In this document: positions 6,627 through 17,074 of the stretch, one piece after another | Layout of the letters: every line of letters begins with the position of its first letter | How positions within the stretch are numbered: position 1 is the first letter of the stretch | DNA from: Candidatus Acidiferrales bacterium | Lineage (GTDB): Bacteria; Acidobacteriota; Terriglobia; Acidiferrales; UBA7541 | Reading direction: 5' to 3' | Length of the DNA: 29,230 nt | Assembly (NCBI GenBank): GCA_035314265.1 | Contig: DATFZR010000427.1 | Location: 1 to 29,230, forward strand | Notes under the pieces: generated by a model | The model's input: only the letters and a program-made list of their open reading frames with translations | Databases searched by the model: none | What the model was told of the DNA's origin: nothing | Program-made: the position numbers and the translations under genes

Positions 6627-8699
6627 CTATTCCGCCCCAGCGCGCTGTGCCGGCGCTTCACCCTTCAAGTATTTCGCATACCAGGCCAGGTAGCGCTCGT
6701 AACGGTCCTTCAAGTGCGTCGGCTTTGTGAACCCGTGATACTCGCCCGGATACACCACCAACTCCGTGGTGCGTCCCAGCACTTTCAGCGCCTGGTACAA
6801 CTGCTCGGAGTTGATGATCGGCACGTTCCAATCAATCTCGCCGCCCATGATCAGCGTCGGCGTGACGATCTTTTCCACGTAGTTGAACGGCGACAGCCTT
6901 TCGTAGATCTCGCGCTTCTTCCACGGCGGGCCGAACTCCAGGTTGAAATCCCTCTGATAGTGATCGTGCCCGTAATTTGAAATGTACAGCACCTCGCTCG
7001 CGCCCGAGATCGCGGCCTTGAAGCGATCCGTCTTGATGATGCAGTAGTTCGTCATAATCCCGCCGTACGACCAACCGCCCACTCCAAGCCGGTCGGGGTC
7101 GGCAATCCCGCGGGCGATCGTGTAGTCCACAAACGTCATCAGATCCTTGTATTCCAGGTTGCCCCAGTCCGCGTAAATGGCCTGCGAGAACGCCTGCCCG
7201 TATCCGGACGAGCCGCGGTAGTTCGGCTGCAGCACCACGTACCCGTTCGCCGCGAAGAGCTGCGCGGTAAAGTCGAACGTCGCGTCCGTCTGGCTCACCG
7301 GCCCGCCGTGCGGCCGCAGGATGGTCGGGTAGCGCCGCCCGGCCGTGTAGTCCGGCGGATACGTGATGTTGCCGGCGACCTCCACGCCCTCCTTGTCTTT
7401 CGTTTTGGCATACTCCACCTTGCCCAGCCGCACCTGCGCCAGGAATGCGTCGTTCACGTGCGAAATCCGCCGCAGCTCCGTGCCCGCCAGCGAAAACACT
7501 TCAAACGGCAGGTTGGTCTCGCCCGCCGTCACGGCCACCGCGCCCGAACTCGTAAGGGTAAAGTCGCGCACGGCCAGCCACCCAGGCGTAAGGATCGTCA
7601 CCTCCCCGTTCGCTACCGCAATCCGCACGAGCGGCTGCACGCCGTCTTTTTCCAGCAGCGCGTAAATGGATTTACCGTCCGGCGCAAACTGCGGCCGCAG
7701 GATGTTCCGGTCGAGCTTCTGAGTCAGCACGCGCATCTCGCCGCCGCCCGCCGCGGTAATGGTCAGATGGTGCGTGGCATAGTCGAGCGCCGCCGCATCC
7801 GTCTGGCTCAGGCAAGCGATCCATTTGCCGTCAGGACTCCACGCCGGCGAATGATCGGACCCCGGATTCCTCGTCACCTGCACCGCGCCCCCGCCTTTGT
7901 CCGTGTTGTCCGCGGCAACCGTCCAGATGTCCGTGTTGTAGTTCGCGTCTGCGTCCTTCGTCCGGTTGCTGGTAAACGCCAGATTGCGTCCGTCGGGAGA
8001 CCACGCCGGCTCGCGGTCGTCAAAATCACCGGATGTTACCTGCGTCAGTTTTCGCGACGCGACGTCCAACACATACAGGTGGGTGCGGCGGCGGTCCAGG
8101 TAGCCGATCGTGTCCCACTTGAACTGCTGGCGATCGATCACCCAGGGAGGCGCCGCCGTCTTCTTCGGCTTTTCACCCGTCTTTGCGCGCCGCGCGTTCT
8201 CGATCTCCTCCGCCGAGGGGTCCTGGAGAAGCAGCACAATGCGGTCGCTGCCGGGCGACCACTCGAAATCGTTCACGCCCTGAATCGTCTCCGTCAACTG
8301 CTGCGCTTCGCCGCCGCCCATGTACAGCGTCCACACCTGGGCCTTGGCGCCCTCGCCGCGAGCGGAAAGAAACGCCAGGTACTTCCCGTCCGGGCTCCAT
8401 CGCGGCGAGGAGGAGCTTGCGTCCTTGGCCGTCAGCGGCAAGGCCGCGCCTCCGGCAGCCGGAACCATCCAGATCTGCGACCGCGTCTTGTCTTCGTTCA
8501 GGTCGAGCGTGCGCACCACATACGCCACCCAATGCCCGTCTGGCGATATCTGTGCGCGCGCTACATCTTTGATCGCCAGAAAATCGTCCACCGCCAGGTT
8601 TCGTGGCGCGGCTGGCGCCGTTTGCGCCGCGGCGTGCGGCGGAAAAGCCCCAAGCGCCACAGACAGCAGCAACAGAAATACGCAGGTTCCGCGTTTCAT
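6627..8699 (-). CDS. Secreted S9 family peptidase (acylaminoacyl/dipeptidyl peptidase) with PD40/TolB-like beta-propeller
   Basis: Signal peptide, repeated PxWSPDG, HGGP, NYRGSSGYG, nucleophile motif GWSYGG, catalytic D (GEIDWNV) and H (GEYHGF). Confidence 0.95.
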   Translation of the reverse strand: MKRGTCVFLLLLSVALGAFPPHAAAQTAPAAPRNLAVDDFLAIKDVARAQISPDGHWVAYVVRTLDLNEDKTRSQIWMVPAAGGAALPLTAKDASSSSPRWSPDGKYLAFLSARGEGAKAQVWTLYMGGGEAQQLTETIQGVNDFEWSPGSDRIVLLLQDPSAEEIENARRAKTGEKPKKTAAPPWVIDRQQFKWDTIGYLDRRRTHLYVLDVASRKLTQVTSGDFDDREPAWSPDGRNLAFTSNRTKDADANYNTDIWTVAADNTDKGGGAVQVTRNPGSDHSPAWSPDGKWIACLSQTDAAALDYATHHLTITAAGGGEMRVLTQKLDRNILRPQFAPDGKSIYALLEKDGVQPLVRIAVANGEVTILTPGWLAVRDFTLTSSGAVAVTAGETNLPFEVFSLAGTELRRISHVNDAFLAQVRLGKVEYAKTKDKEGVEVAGNITYPPDYTAGRRYPTILRPHGGPVSQTDATFDFTAQLFAANGYVVLQPNYRGSSGYGQAFSQAIYADWGNLEYKDLMTFVDYTIARGIADPDRLGVGGWSYGGIMTNYCIIKTDRFKAAISGASEVLYISNYGHDHYQRDFNLEFGPPWKKREIYERLSPFNYVEKIVTPTLIMGGEIDWNVPIINSEQLYQALKVLGRTTELVVYPGEYHGFTKPTHLKDRYERYLAWYAKYLKGEAPAQRAGAE

Positions 8700-8750
8700 A
8701 CGATTGCCTCCCCTCTCGAAATACGGTTCTCGCAGTTCTCTTCGAACCCT

Positions 8751-11297
8751 TTATTCGCGCAGGCGTTCAAATTTCTTTCGCGCCTCGTCGATCTGCCCGA
8801 TCACGAGGGCGCGCTCCCCCGCGGAATTCCAGTCGGGATAATGCTCCACATCCTCGCGCAGGCGTGCAATCCAAGCCAGAAAGTATGCGGCGTCCTCCGG
8901 CGAATGCGGCGGCCGGCCGGCGACGGTGATGTACACGGCGCTCGTGGTGGCGTACGGATACAAATCGAGCACCGGATGTTCCGCGTGCTCCGACCAGGCG
9001 CGCAGCACGCACCAGCCGCTCGCGGCGGCCGGCATCGTGCCGCTGGCCGTGGCCGACATGCGCGCTCCCGCCAGCTCCAGCGAACGCGCCACCCTCCCGT
9101 TGCACACAATCTCCAGGTGATCCACCGGCACGATGGACGCCATCGCCGCCGTAAACGGTACATCGCCCGCCTGATCCAGTTTCACTTCACCGCCCACAGG
9201 CTGTCCGCCAAGCGAGAAGCGCAGCAGCGGGCCGTTGGTGGCAAACGTCCGCCCGTGTTTCAACCCGTCGAGGAACGCATCCATTTGCAGCGGCCCGCTG
9301 GGCATCTGGACGAACACGCGGTTCAGTCCCACTGGCCCGCGAAGCGACGCGAAATCTGCCATGGCATCCGTGCCCGCACCCGTTGGCAGCCGGAATCCCA
9401 GATTCAGCAGCCGGTACCACACCGCCGCTGTGGATTTGTGGTCCGCAAAGCCCACCACTTCGATGTAATCGATTTTTCCCAGCGCTACGTCCACCGGCAA
9501 CTCGTCGTGCAGCGGGGTCTTGAGATCCGCCGGGTCCGGCACTTCCTCAAACGGATGCACCGCGCCAATCAGCGCGCCCTGCGCGTGCGCCATATCCGCA
9601 ACGTCCGCGTTCGTCGGCGCCAGACTCGCGGAGGCCGTCGCCGGGTATCCCGCGTAAATCGGCACGAGCAGGTGTTGCGTCAGGCCCAGGATGCCGCGAT
9701 GGCCCCAGTAGCTGGTGTGAAATTCCTCGCCGTGCCACAACAAAAAACCATCGTCCGACGCCGCATCCAATTTGCCGCTGAACCACGACTCGTCAGGCAC
9801 GCGCTGCTCTTTGTTCACGATCAGGCTGTGCACCACCGCCAGGTCTTCCGCGCGCGCCTGCGCCGCCAGATTCTCCGGCCCGTTCCGGTACGCGCCGCCG
9901 TAGTTCATGTGCACGTGCAGGTCGCCGCTCACCCAGCGCCCCGCGGGCTCCTCCGGCAACTTCAGCTTCTGCAGCCGCACCGTCACGCCCACCAGGCCGC
10001 TCGGCGGCATCTCTCCCTCGCGCCGCTCGACGCCGTACTCGAACCCGTGCATCACCTCCACGGAGAACTTTCCCGGCGGAATCATCACACTCTCTTCGCC
10101 CGCGGACTCGAAGTAGTGCGCCTCGAACGGCCTCTCCTTCCGGTCGTAGGAATCGTCGGCCTGCATCCACGCATTCGTCGGCGCGTACGCGCGCCCATCC
10201 GCGCCCATCACGCTCACGCGCGCCGGCGCCGGTTTGCCGTCCGGCCCCACAACCGAGATGCGCAGTTCCCCTGCCGGCCGCCGGTATTGCAGATGCAGCG
10301 GCACAACGGCCCTCTGCCCGCCTCCCGGCACTTCCACGGTCCACATCTGCACGTTCCCGCTCCGGTTGGAAATCAGAACGATGTGTTTTCCGTCGGGCGA
10401 CCAGCGCGGGTTGATGTCGTCGTAATCCCCATACGTCAGCGGCAACGGATTCTCTCCGGAAGGCTGCATCCACCAGAGCTGGTGCCACTGCCGTCCGGTG
10501 TACGACGCGAACACCACGCGCCCGCCATCCGCAGAAACGTCCGGCCTCGCCTTCCACGTTGTTTCCTCGTAATGGATCTCCCGCGCCTCGGCCCCCGGCC
10601 GCGCGTCCATGCGCCAGAACCCCCCGCTGCCGTAGATATGTCCGCGGTTGGAAATGAAAATGATTTCCTTCCCGCCGGGCAGCCACGCCGGGCTGATCTC
10701 CGTGTCAAACGCGCTGTAGTAATAGCGCGGCAAAGGGCTGCGCGTTTCCCCGGTCCAGCGCTGCACGTTCTGCAGTTTGCCGCCCTGAAAGTCCGCGCCA
10801 AAAATGTGAAATCTCCCGTTGTATTGCGTCGAGACCCACAGGATTTGTTTCCCGTCCGGCGACCACCGCGGCTCCACGTTCACCGCGCCCGTGCGCGTCA
10901 GCGGCCAGCTCTCCTTCGTCGACACTTCCAGCAGCCACAGTTCCAACGCGTCCTGGTTGTATTTGGTAAAAACGAGAAAGCGCCCGTCCGGCGAGCAATC
11001 CGGCTGGTAGTCGTAGCCCGGCCCGTCTGTCAGTTGCTCCGCCGCCTGCGAATCGAACTCCTGCCGCCACAGCGTCCCGCCCATGGAATACACCAGGGTG
11101 TGCGAATCCGGCAGCCACGCGGCGCTCGACGGGCCCGTAGTGAGCTGCGGCAGGTACATCTCGCGGAAGTAGTAGGGGTGCGGCAGTTCAATCTGCGGGA
11201 GCACAGGCCGTCGGTCCGCGGCCACCACCGCGGCCAGCATCAGAATTGCGGCGCTAGCGAGTAGAGCTTTCCGCGGAACACTCCCTGCATTCGTCAT
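8751..11297 (-). CDS. Secreted CehA/McbA-family (PHP-like) metallohydrolase with N-terminal PD40 propeller
   Basis: PDCSPDG, PRWSPDG and PDVSADG repeats; SGDLHVHMNY, GEEFHT, HPF, GAGTDA and TNGPLL motifs. SD GGGAGG before ATG 11297; the ORF track extends to 11423. Confidence 0.85.
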   Translation of the reverse strand: MTNAGSVPRKALLASAAILMLAAVVAADRRPVLPQIELPHPYYFREMYLPQLTTGPSSAAWLPDSHTLVYSMGGTLWRQEFDSQAAEQLTDGPGYDYQPDCSPDGRFLVFTKYNQDALELWLLEVSTKESWPLTRTGAVNVEPRWSPDGKQILWVSTQYNGRFHIFGADFQGGKLQNVQRWTGETRSPLPRYYYSAFDTEISPAWLPGGKEIIFISNRGHIYGSGGFWRMDARPGAEAREIHYEETTWKARPDVSADGGRVVFASYTGRQWHQLWWMQPSGENPLPLTYGDYDDINPRWSPDGKHIVLISNRSGNVQMWTVEVPGGGQRAVVPLHLQYRRPAGELRISVVGPDGKPAPARVSVMGADGRAYAPTNAWMQADDSYDRKERPFEAHYFESAGEESVMIPPGKFSVEVMHGFEYGVERREGEMPPSGLVGVTVRLQKLKLPEEPAGRWVSGDLHVHMNYGGAYRNGPENLAAQARAEDLAVVHSLIVNKEQRVPDESWFSGKLDAASDDGFLLWHGEEFHTSYWGHRGILGLTQHLLVPIYAGYPATASASLAPTNADVADMAHAQGALIGAVHPFEEVPDPADLKTPLHDELPVDVALGKIDYIEVVGFADHKSTAAVWYRLLNLGFRLPTGAGTDAMADFASLRGPVGLNRVFVQMPSGPLQMDAFLDGLKHGRTFATNGPLLRFSLGGQPVGGEVKLDQAGDVPFTAAMASIVPVDHLEIVCNGRVARSLELAGARMSATASGTMPAAASGWCVLRAWSEHAEHPVLDLYPYATTSAVYITVAGRPPHSPEDAAYFLAWIARLREDVEHYPDWNSAGERALVIGQIDEARKKFERLRE

Positions 11298-11301
11298 TTG
11301 G

Positions 11302-11330
11302 CCTCCCGGCTGGCTGCCGGGAGGAAAGTA
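11302..11330 (-). promoter_or_regulatory. Perfect 9-bp hairpin sequestering the SD of the CehA/McbA-like gene, with an adjacent candidate -10 (TACTTT)
   Basis: Minus strand reads TACTTT-cctcccggc-agcca-gccgggagg-ccaa-ATG. Confidence 0.55.
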
Positions 11331-11453
11331 CGGCGGAGCGGACGAATCGCGCAAGTCTTTTCCAGCACGCGCATGGCAGGGCGGGTAGAAGAGGCGACGC
11401 CCCAGACGCAGCGACAGCCGCATTTTCAGCCGATGGCGGTGGCTTCCAGGAAG

Positions 11454-12248
11454 CTATTTGCGGTCGTAGTGCCGCCAGAAAATGAATTCGGCCACGACGT
11501 TGTAGATGGCGGAGCTCAGCGCTTCATAACCGACGCGCTCTCCGAAAAACTCCCCGCTCCGATCGCTTGCGTGGTGCCAACCGGTGGAAGCTCCGGCGGC
11601 CGCGGTGATCCCCAACAGGTGAGAAGCATTGAACTCGGTCTTGCCGCTATCCGATTGCGCAATAAAAACAGCACCCACGGCATGGCCCAGCCGGCGGCCA
11701 AATCCCTTGCTCTTTTCCGGGTGATACCGCGGGTCCTGATGGAACGCGCTGGCCAGGGCAAAATCGCCGACGAACGAACCTACGGCGTTCTCACCGAATG
11801 CCGAGCCCCATCGCCGTACGAAGCCCTTGCCTCCCATTCCGTAATCCTCATCGAGCCGCGCGTCCCTGGCCATTCCGAATCCCGCGGCGAGCGCACTGCC
11901 GAAAACCCCGGGGAAAAAGATCTGCCTCAGGGATCGCGTGAGCTTCTGCGAAGGGCTCAGCGGCTTGGAAATATCTTCCCGAAATCTTGAAAAGAAGTCC
12001 GGCTGCGGAGCCGGGGCGGGTGGCCAGGCCGGCAACGCCGCCGTAGCCGCGAAATCTGCCAGTGGGTTTGCGGGCGGAACAAGCACGGCCGCCGGTCCAG
12101 GCACAGGCTGTGCGTCTGCCACAGCCGGCGGACCTGAGACGCCCGGCCCCCCTGGCGTATCCTGCGCGCAAACAGTTGCTGGAATTGCTAGTGAAGGTCC
12201 AATCGCCAATCCTACGGCTATTGCCGGCACAAAATGCCACCTCTTCAT
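11454..12248 (-). CDS. Hypothetical protein with signal peptide, Pro-rich linker and membrane-associated C-terminal domain (QDPRY-motif type seen in Acidobacteria)
   Basis: MKRWHFVPAIAVGLAIG signal, then FHQDPRYHP and Gly/Ala-rich hydrophobic segments. SD-like GAGGCGGAG before ATG 12248. Confidence 0.8.
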   Translation of the reverse strand: MKRWHFVPAIAVGLAIGPSLAIPATVCAQDTPGGPGVSGPPAVADAQPVPGPAAVLVPPANPLADFAATAALPAWPPAPAPQPDFFSRFREDISKPLSPSQKLTRSLRQIFFPGVFGSALAAGFGMARDARLDEDYGMGGKGFVRRWGSAFGENAVGSFVGDFALASAFHQDPRYHPEKSKGFGRRLGHAVGAVFIAQSDSGKTEFNASHLLGITAAAGASTGWHHASDRSGEFFGERVGYEALSSAIYNVVAEFIFWRHYDRK

Positions 12249-12382
12249 CTCCGCCTCTCTTTCAGGACCACGCCCCGAGGTGGAATTTGTGAAGTGAATC
12301 CCCCCTTGTCCCAACGAACGCAGATTCGCCGGGTGTCCTGCTGAGTTTGACGAAGGATGGAGCCGGACTGTTGCCTTCCGAA

Positions 12383-12682
12383 TCAGGCCGAACTGCTCAT
12401 TTCACGGCGCGATTGGTAGCACTCGCGGCAGTAGACGGGACGCCCCTGGGTGGGCTTGAACGGGACGGTGGTTTCCTTCCCGCACTGCGAGCATATCGCT
12501 CGCGTTTCCGACCGCGTGGTGTTCCCGGAAGGAGCTCCCGGCCCACGGGTCGACTTGCAGTTCTTGCATCGCTTCGGTTCGTGCCGGAAGCCCTTATCTG
12601 CGAAGAAAGACTGCTCCCCTGCTGTGAACACGAATTCCGCGCCACATTCAACGCATTTCAGGGCCCTATCCTGATACTCCAT
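12383..12682 (-). CDS. Double zinc-ribbon protein (zf-trcl-like plus CxxC-x17-CxxC domain)
   Basis: DRALKCVECGAEFVFTAGEQ..F..KGF..EPKRCKNCK and CSQCGKETTVPFKPTQGRPVYCREC. Confidence 0.92.
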   Translation of the reverse strand: MEYQDRALKCVECGAEFVFTAGEQSFFADKGFRHEPKRCKNCKSTRGPGAPSGNTTRSETRAICSQCGKETTVPFKPTQGRPVYCRECYQSRREMSSSA

Positions 12683-12730
12683 TGGATCGCTCCGAATGGC
12701 CCGGTTCTCGGCTCCTCGGCATATGGCAAG

Positions 12731-12753
12731 GGGGCTGGGTTTGTCCCAGCCCC
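12731..12753. terminator. Perfect 9-bp hairpin between rpsU and the zinc-ribbon gene
   Basis: ggggctggg-tttgt-cccagcccc. No U-tract follows on the transcribed (minus) strand, so termination is doubtful. Confidence 0.4.
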
Positions 12754-12783
12754 CTCACCGGTCTCCCTGTTGTCCCCTTGCGC

Positions 12784-12981
12784 TTACTCCTGCTCGCGGC
12801 GCATCTTCTTGCGCATGCGCTTGCGCGAAAGGGCGGCCTTCGCCCGGCGCTTTTCCCCGGGTTTCATGTAGTAACTGTGCTTTTTGATTTCCTTGATGAT
12901 GTCGGCCTGCTGCACCCGCCGCTTGAATCTGCGGAGAGCGCCTTCAAGCGACTCACCTTCCTGGATAATCACTTCCGTCAA
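12784..12981 (-). CDS. rpsU: 30S ribosomal protein S21 (bS21)
   Basis: EGESLEGALRRFKRRVQQADIIKEIKKHSYYMKPGEKRR. Start placed at TTG 12981, downstream of the extended SD GGGAGGTG. Confidence 0.95.
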   Translation of the reverse strand: MTEVIIQEGESLEGALRRFKRRVQQADIIKEIKKHSYYMKPGEKRRAKAALSRKRMRKKMRREQE

Positions 12982-13073
12982 TGAGAAAACACCTCCCATC
13001 CACCGTCAGAATTTGAAGGAAACAGCGGAAAAAGCGGCTCCCGCGAAGCCTTTCACGGTGTATGAGTGTCCCG

Positions 13074-13102
13074 CTTGTATCTTGGCAGAGGGACCCTGTC
13101 AA
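13074..13102 (-). promoter_or_regulatory. sigma70-type promoter for rpsU
   Basis: TTGACA (13102-13097), 17-nt spacer, TACAAG (13079-13074). The -35 is perfect; the -10 lacks the final T. Confidence 0.6.
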
Positions 13103-13357
13103 GAAATTTTCTCACGAAGTACGCTTATTGCAAAGAAAATAGCCCGCCGAGATACGTAGCGTTCTATCTCACCGCGCGCTTCTTCCTTCCATAACGCAAT
13201 ACGCCCCGGTTTCCCTTCGCGCCCCCGCCGCAAGAAATCTTGTCCCCCGCCCGGGCGAACCGCACTAGAATAGGCCGCTCCACCGCGCCAACGGCCCGCA
13301 ATCACCGGATGTCTCTGCGGGCCGCGCGACGGAGTTCTCCGGAGAGGCCGGCTCTAC

Positions 13358-15936
<2,579 letters not shown>

Positions 15937-15951
15937 CATCTGCACCGGTAG

Positions 15952-15985
15952 CCACGGTCAGCGCCCTCCTGACCGTGGGCCTTTT
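15952..15985 (+). terminator. Probable intrinsic terminator of glgC-eno
   Basis: ccacggtcag (15952-15961) pairs with ctgaccgtgg (15969-15978): 10-bp stem, 7-nt loop, followed by gccTTTT. Confidence 0.65.
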
Positions 15986-16051
15986 CCTCACTCGCGACGG
16001 GCGACGCCCCCCTGCCAACGATACCCCTCAACCCGCCGCGGCCTTTCGCGG

Positions 16052-16057
16052 TACAAT
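16052..16057 (+). promoter_or_regulatory. Candidate -10 element (TACAAT) for the hypothetical gene at 16131
   Basis: Near-consensus hexamer downstream of the eno terminator. No clear -35. Confidence 0.4.
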
Positions 16058-16130
16058 GCCCGCAACAATCGCCCGTGGGTGGGCGCGTCCTGGTCAGCAG
16101 TTCGGACGCGCGCACGAAGGTGGACTGGCA

Positions 16131-16961
16131 ATGAAGACTCCGCAGGCCTGGGCTCCGCTCCTCGCTGTTCTCGCCGTTGGTTTGTCTGTGCGTGCCGGCG
16201 ACTCCTGGCTGAACAAGCCCTGCACGGAATGGAACGAAAAAGAAGTCCGCACCGTGCTCGAAAAGTCCCCCTGGGCGCACCGCGAGCGGATGATGGTGGT
16301 CAAGGCCGGCAGAGAAAACATCCCCTGCCCCTCAGGAAATCTCCATTGCTCCACTGCCGATGATTCCAATATGAATGTCCCCGCCGCTCCCAACGTCCGC
16401 CGGCGGGGAATGAGTCCCGATGACCTCGAGGGCTTGGACCAGCGGCGCACTGCCTCCGCCATGCCGTCCGGCCTCGACGGCGTTGCCGGCACCGCGGTGG
16501 TTCGCTGGGCCTCCGCACGCACCGTGCGCGAAGCCATGGAACGCAAAGCGATGAAGGACGCGAAGCCCGCCGCCGCGCAGGCCGAACTGCCTGCGTCCTC
16601 ACCGCCCGACTCCTACGTCGTTTACGTGGACCTGCGCGTCGCTCTGGTGGACATAAAAAGAGTCCCGCAAGGCGGCGTGCTCACCGCGACGATGGTTAGA
16701 AACTCCAGCCTGTTGATGAAAAGCACGGGTGTGCGCCTCGCCCCTTGGCGCGTAACCCCGGCCCCCCTTCCTGAGTTTGATGATCGCAGGGAGATGGTGC
16801 TCGCCGCCTACTACGTCTATTTTCCGCGGAAAAAAGACGGCGAGCCTCTGCTCAGCGATAGCGAAACTCTGGTCCGTTTCGAATGCCCCCTCACGCCGCT
16901 CCCGATCATTTCCGAATTCGATCCTCGCACCATGAAGCGCAGCGGCGTTCCGGACCTATAA
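16131..16961 (+). CDS. Secreted hypothetical protein
   Basis: Signal peptide MKTPQAWAPLLAVLAVGLSVRA, then WLNKPCTEWNEKEVRTVLEKSPWA. Fills the eno-gpmI gap. The ORF track's earlier start (15975) has no support. Confidence 0.8.
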   Translation: MKTPQAWAPLLAVLAVGLSVRAGDSWLNKPCTEWNEKEVRTVLEKSPWAHRERMMVVKAGRENIPCPSGNLHCSTADDSNMNVPAAPNVRRRGMSPDDLEGLDQRRTASAMPSGLDGVAGTAVVRWASARTVREAMERKAMKDAKPAAAQAELPASSPPDSYVVYVDLRVALVDIKRVPQGGVLTATMVRNSSLLMKSTGVRLAPWRVTPAPLPEFDDRREMVLAAYYVYFPRKKDGEPLLSDSETLVRFECPLTPLPIISEFDPRTMKRSGVPDL

Positions 16962-17074
16962 AGCCGCGCAACGCCGCATAGCGCCCGCCCGGTTCCTCAC
17001 ACCGTCCTCCGCGCGGTTCCTCGGCCGGCCCCGCGGCTACACATTCCCCCCTGCGTTCTGTATCCTGTCGCTCT

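Noticed and set aside
8700-8750. Possible fifth heptamer inverted-repeat site (tcgaa...ttcga)
   Set aside because: Only 5-bp arms, too weak to assign to the family.
7308-11264. 1318-aa plus-strand ORF spanning two genes
   Set aside because: It is the in-register antisense shadow of the S9 and CehA/McbA-like genes, which share a codon register. Antisense stops need TTA/CTA/TCA codons, which are rare in high-GC genes. The product is Arg/His-rich with no motifs.
11298-11453. Known riboswitch upstream of the CehA/McbA-like gene
   Set aside because: I see no aptamer consensus (TPP, cobalamin, SAM, FMN, glycine, c-di-GMP) by eye. Only the SD hairpin is supported.
11298-11990. 230-aa plus-strand ORF
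   Set aside because: It is antisense to the QDPRY-motif gene, has no SD or motif, and is better explained as a shadow.
12982-12999. ATG start for rpsU at 12999, as in the ORF track
   Set aside because: The extension MGGVFS is encoded by the SD itself. TTG at 12981 gives proper spacing and a typical S21 length.
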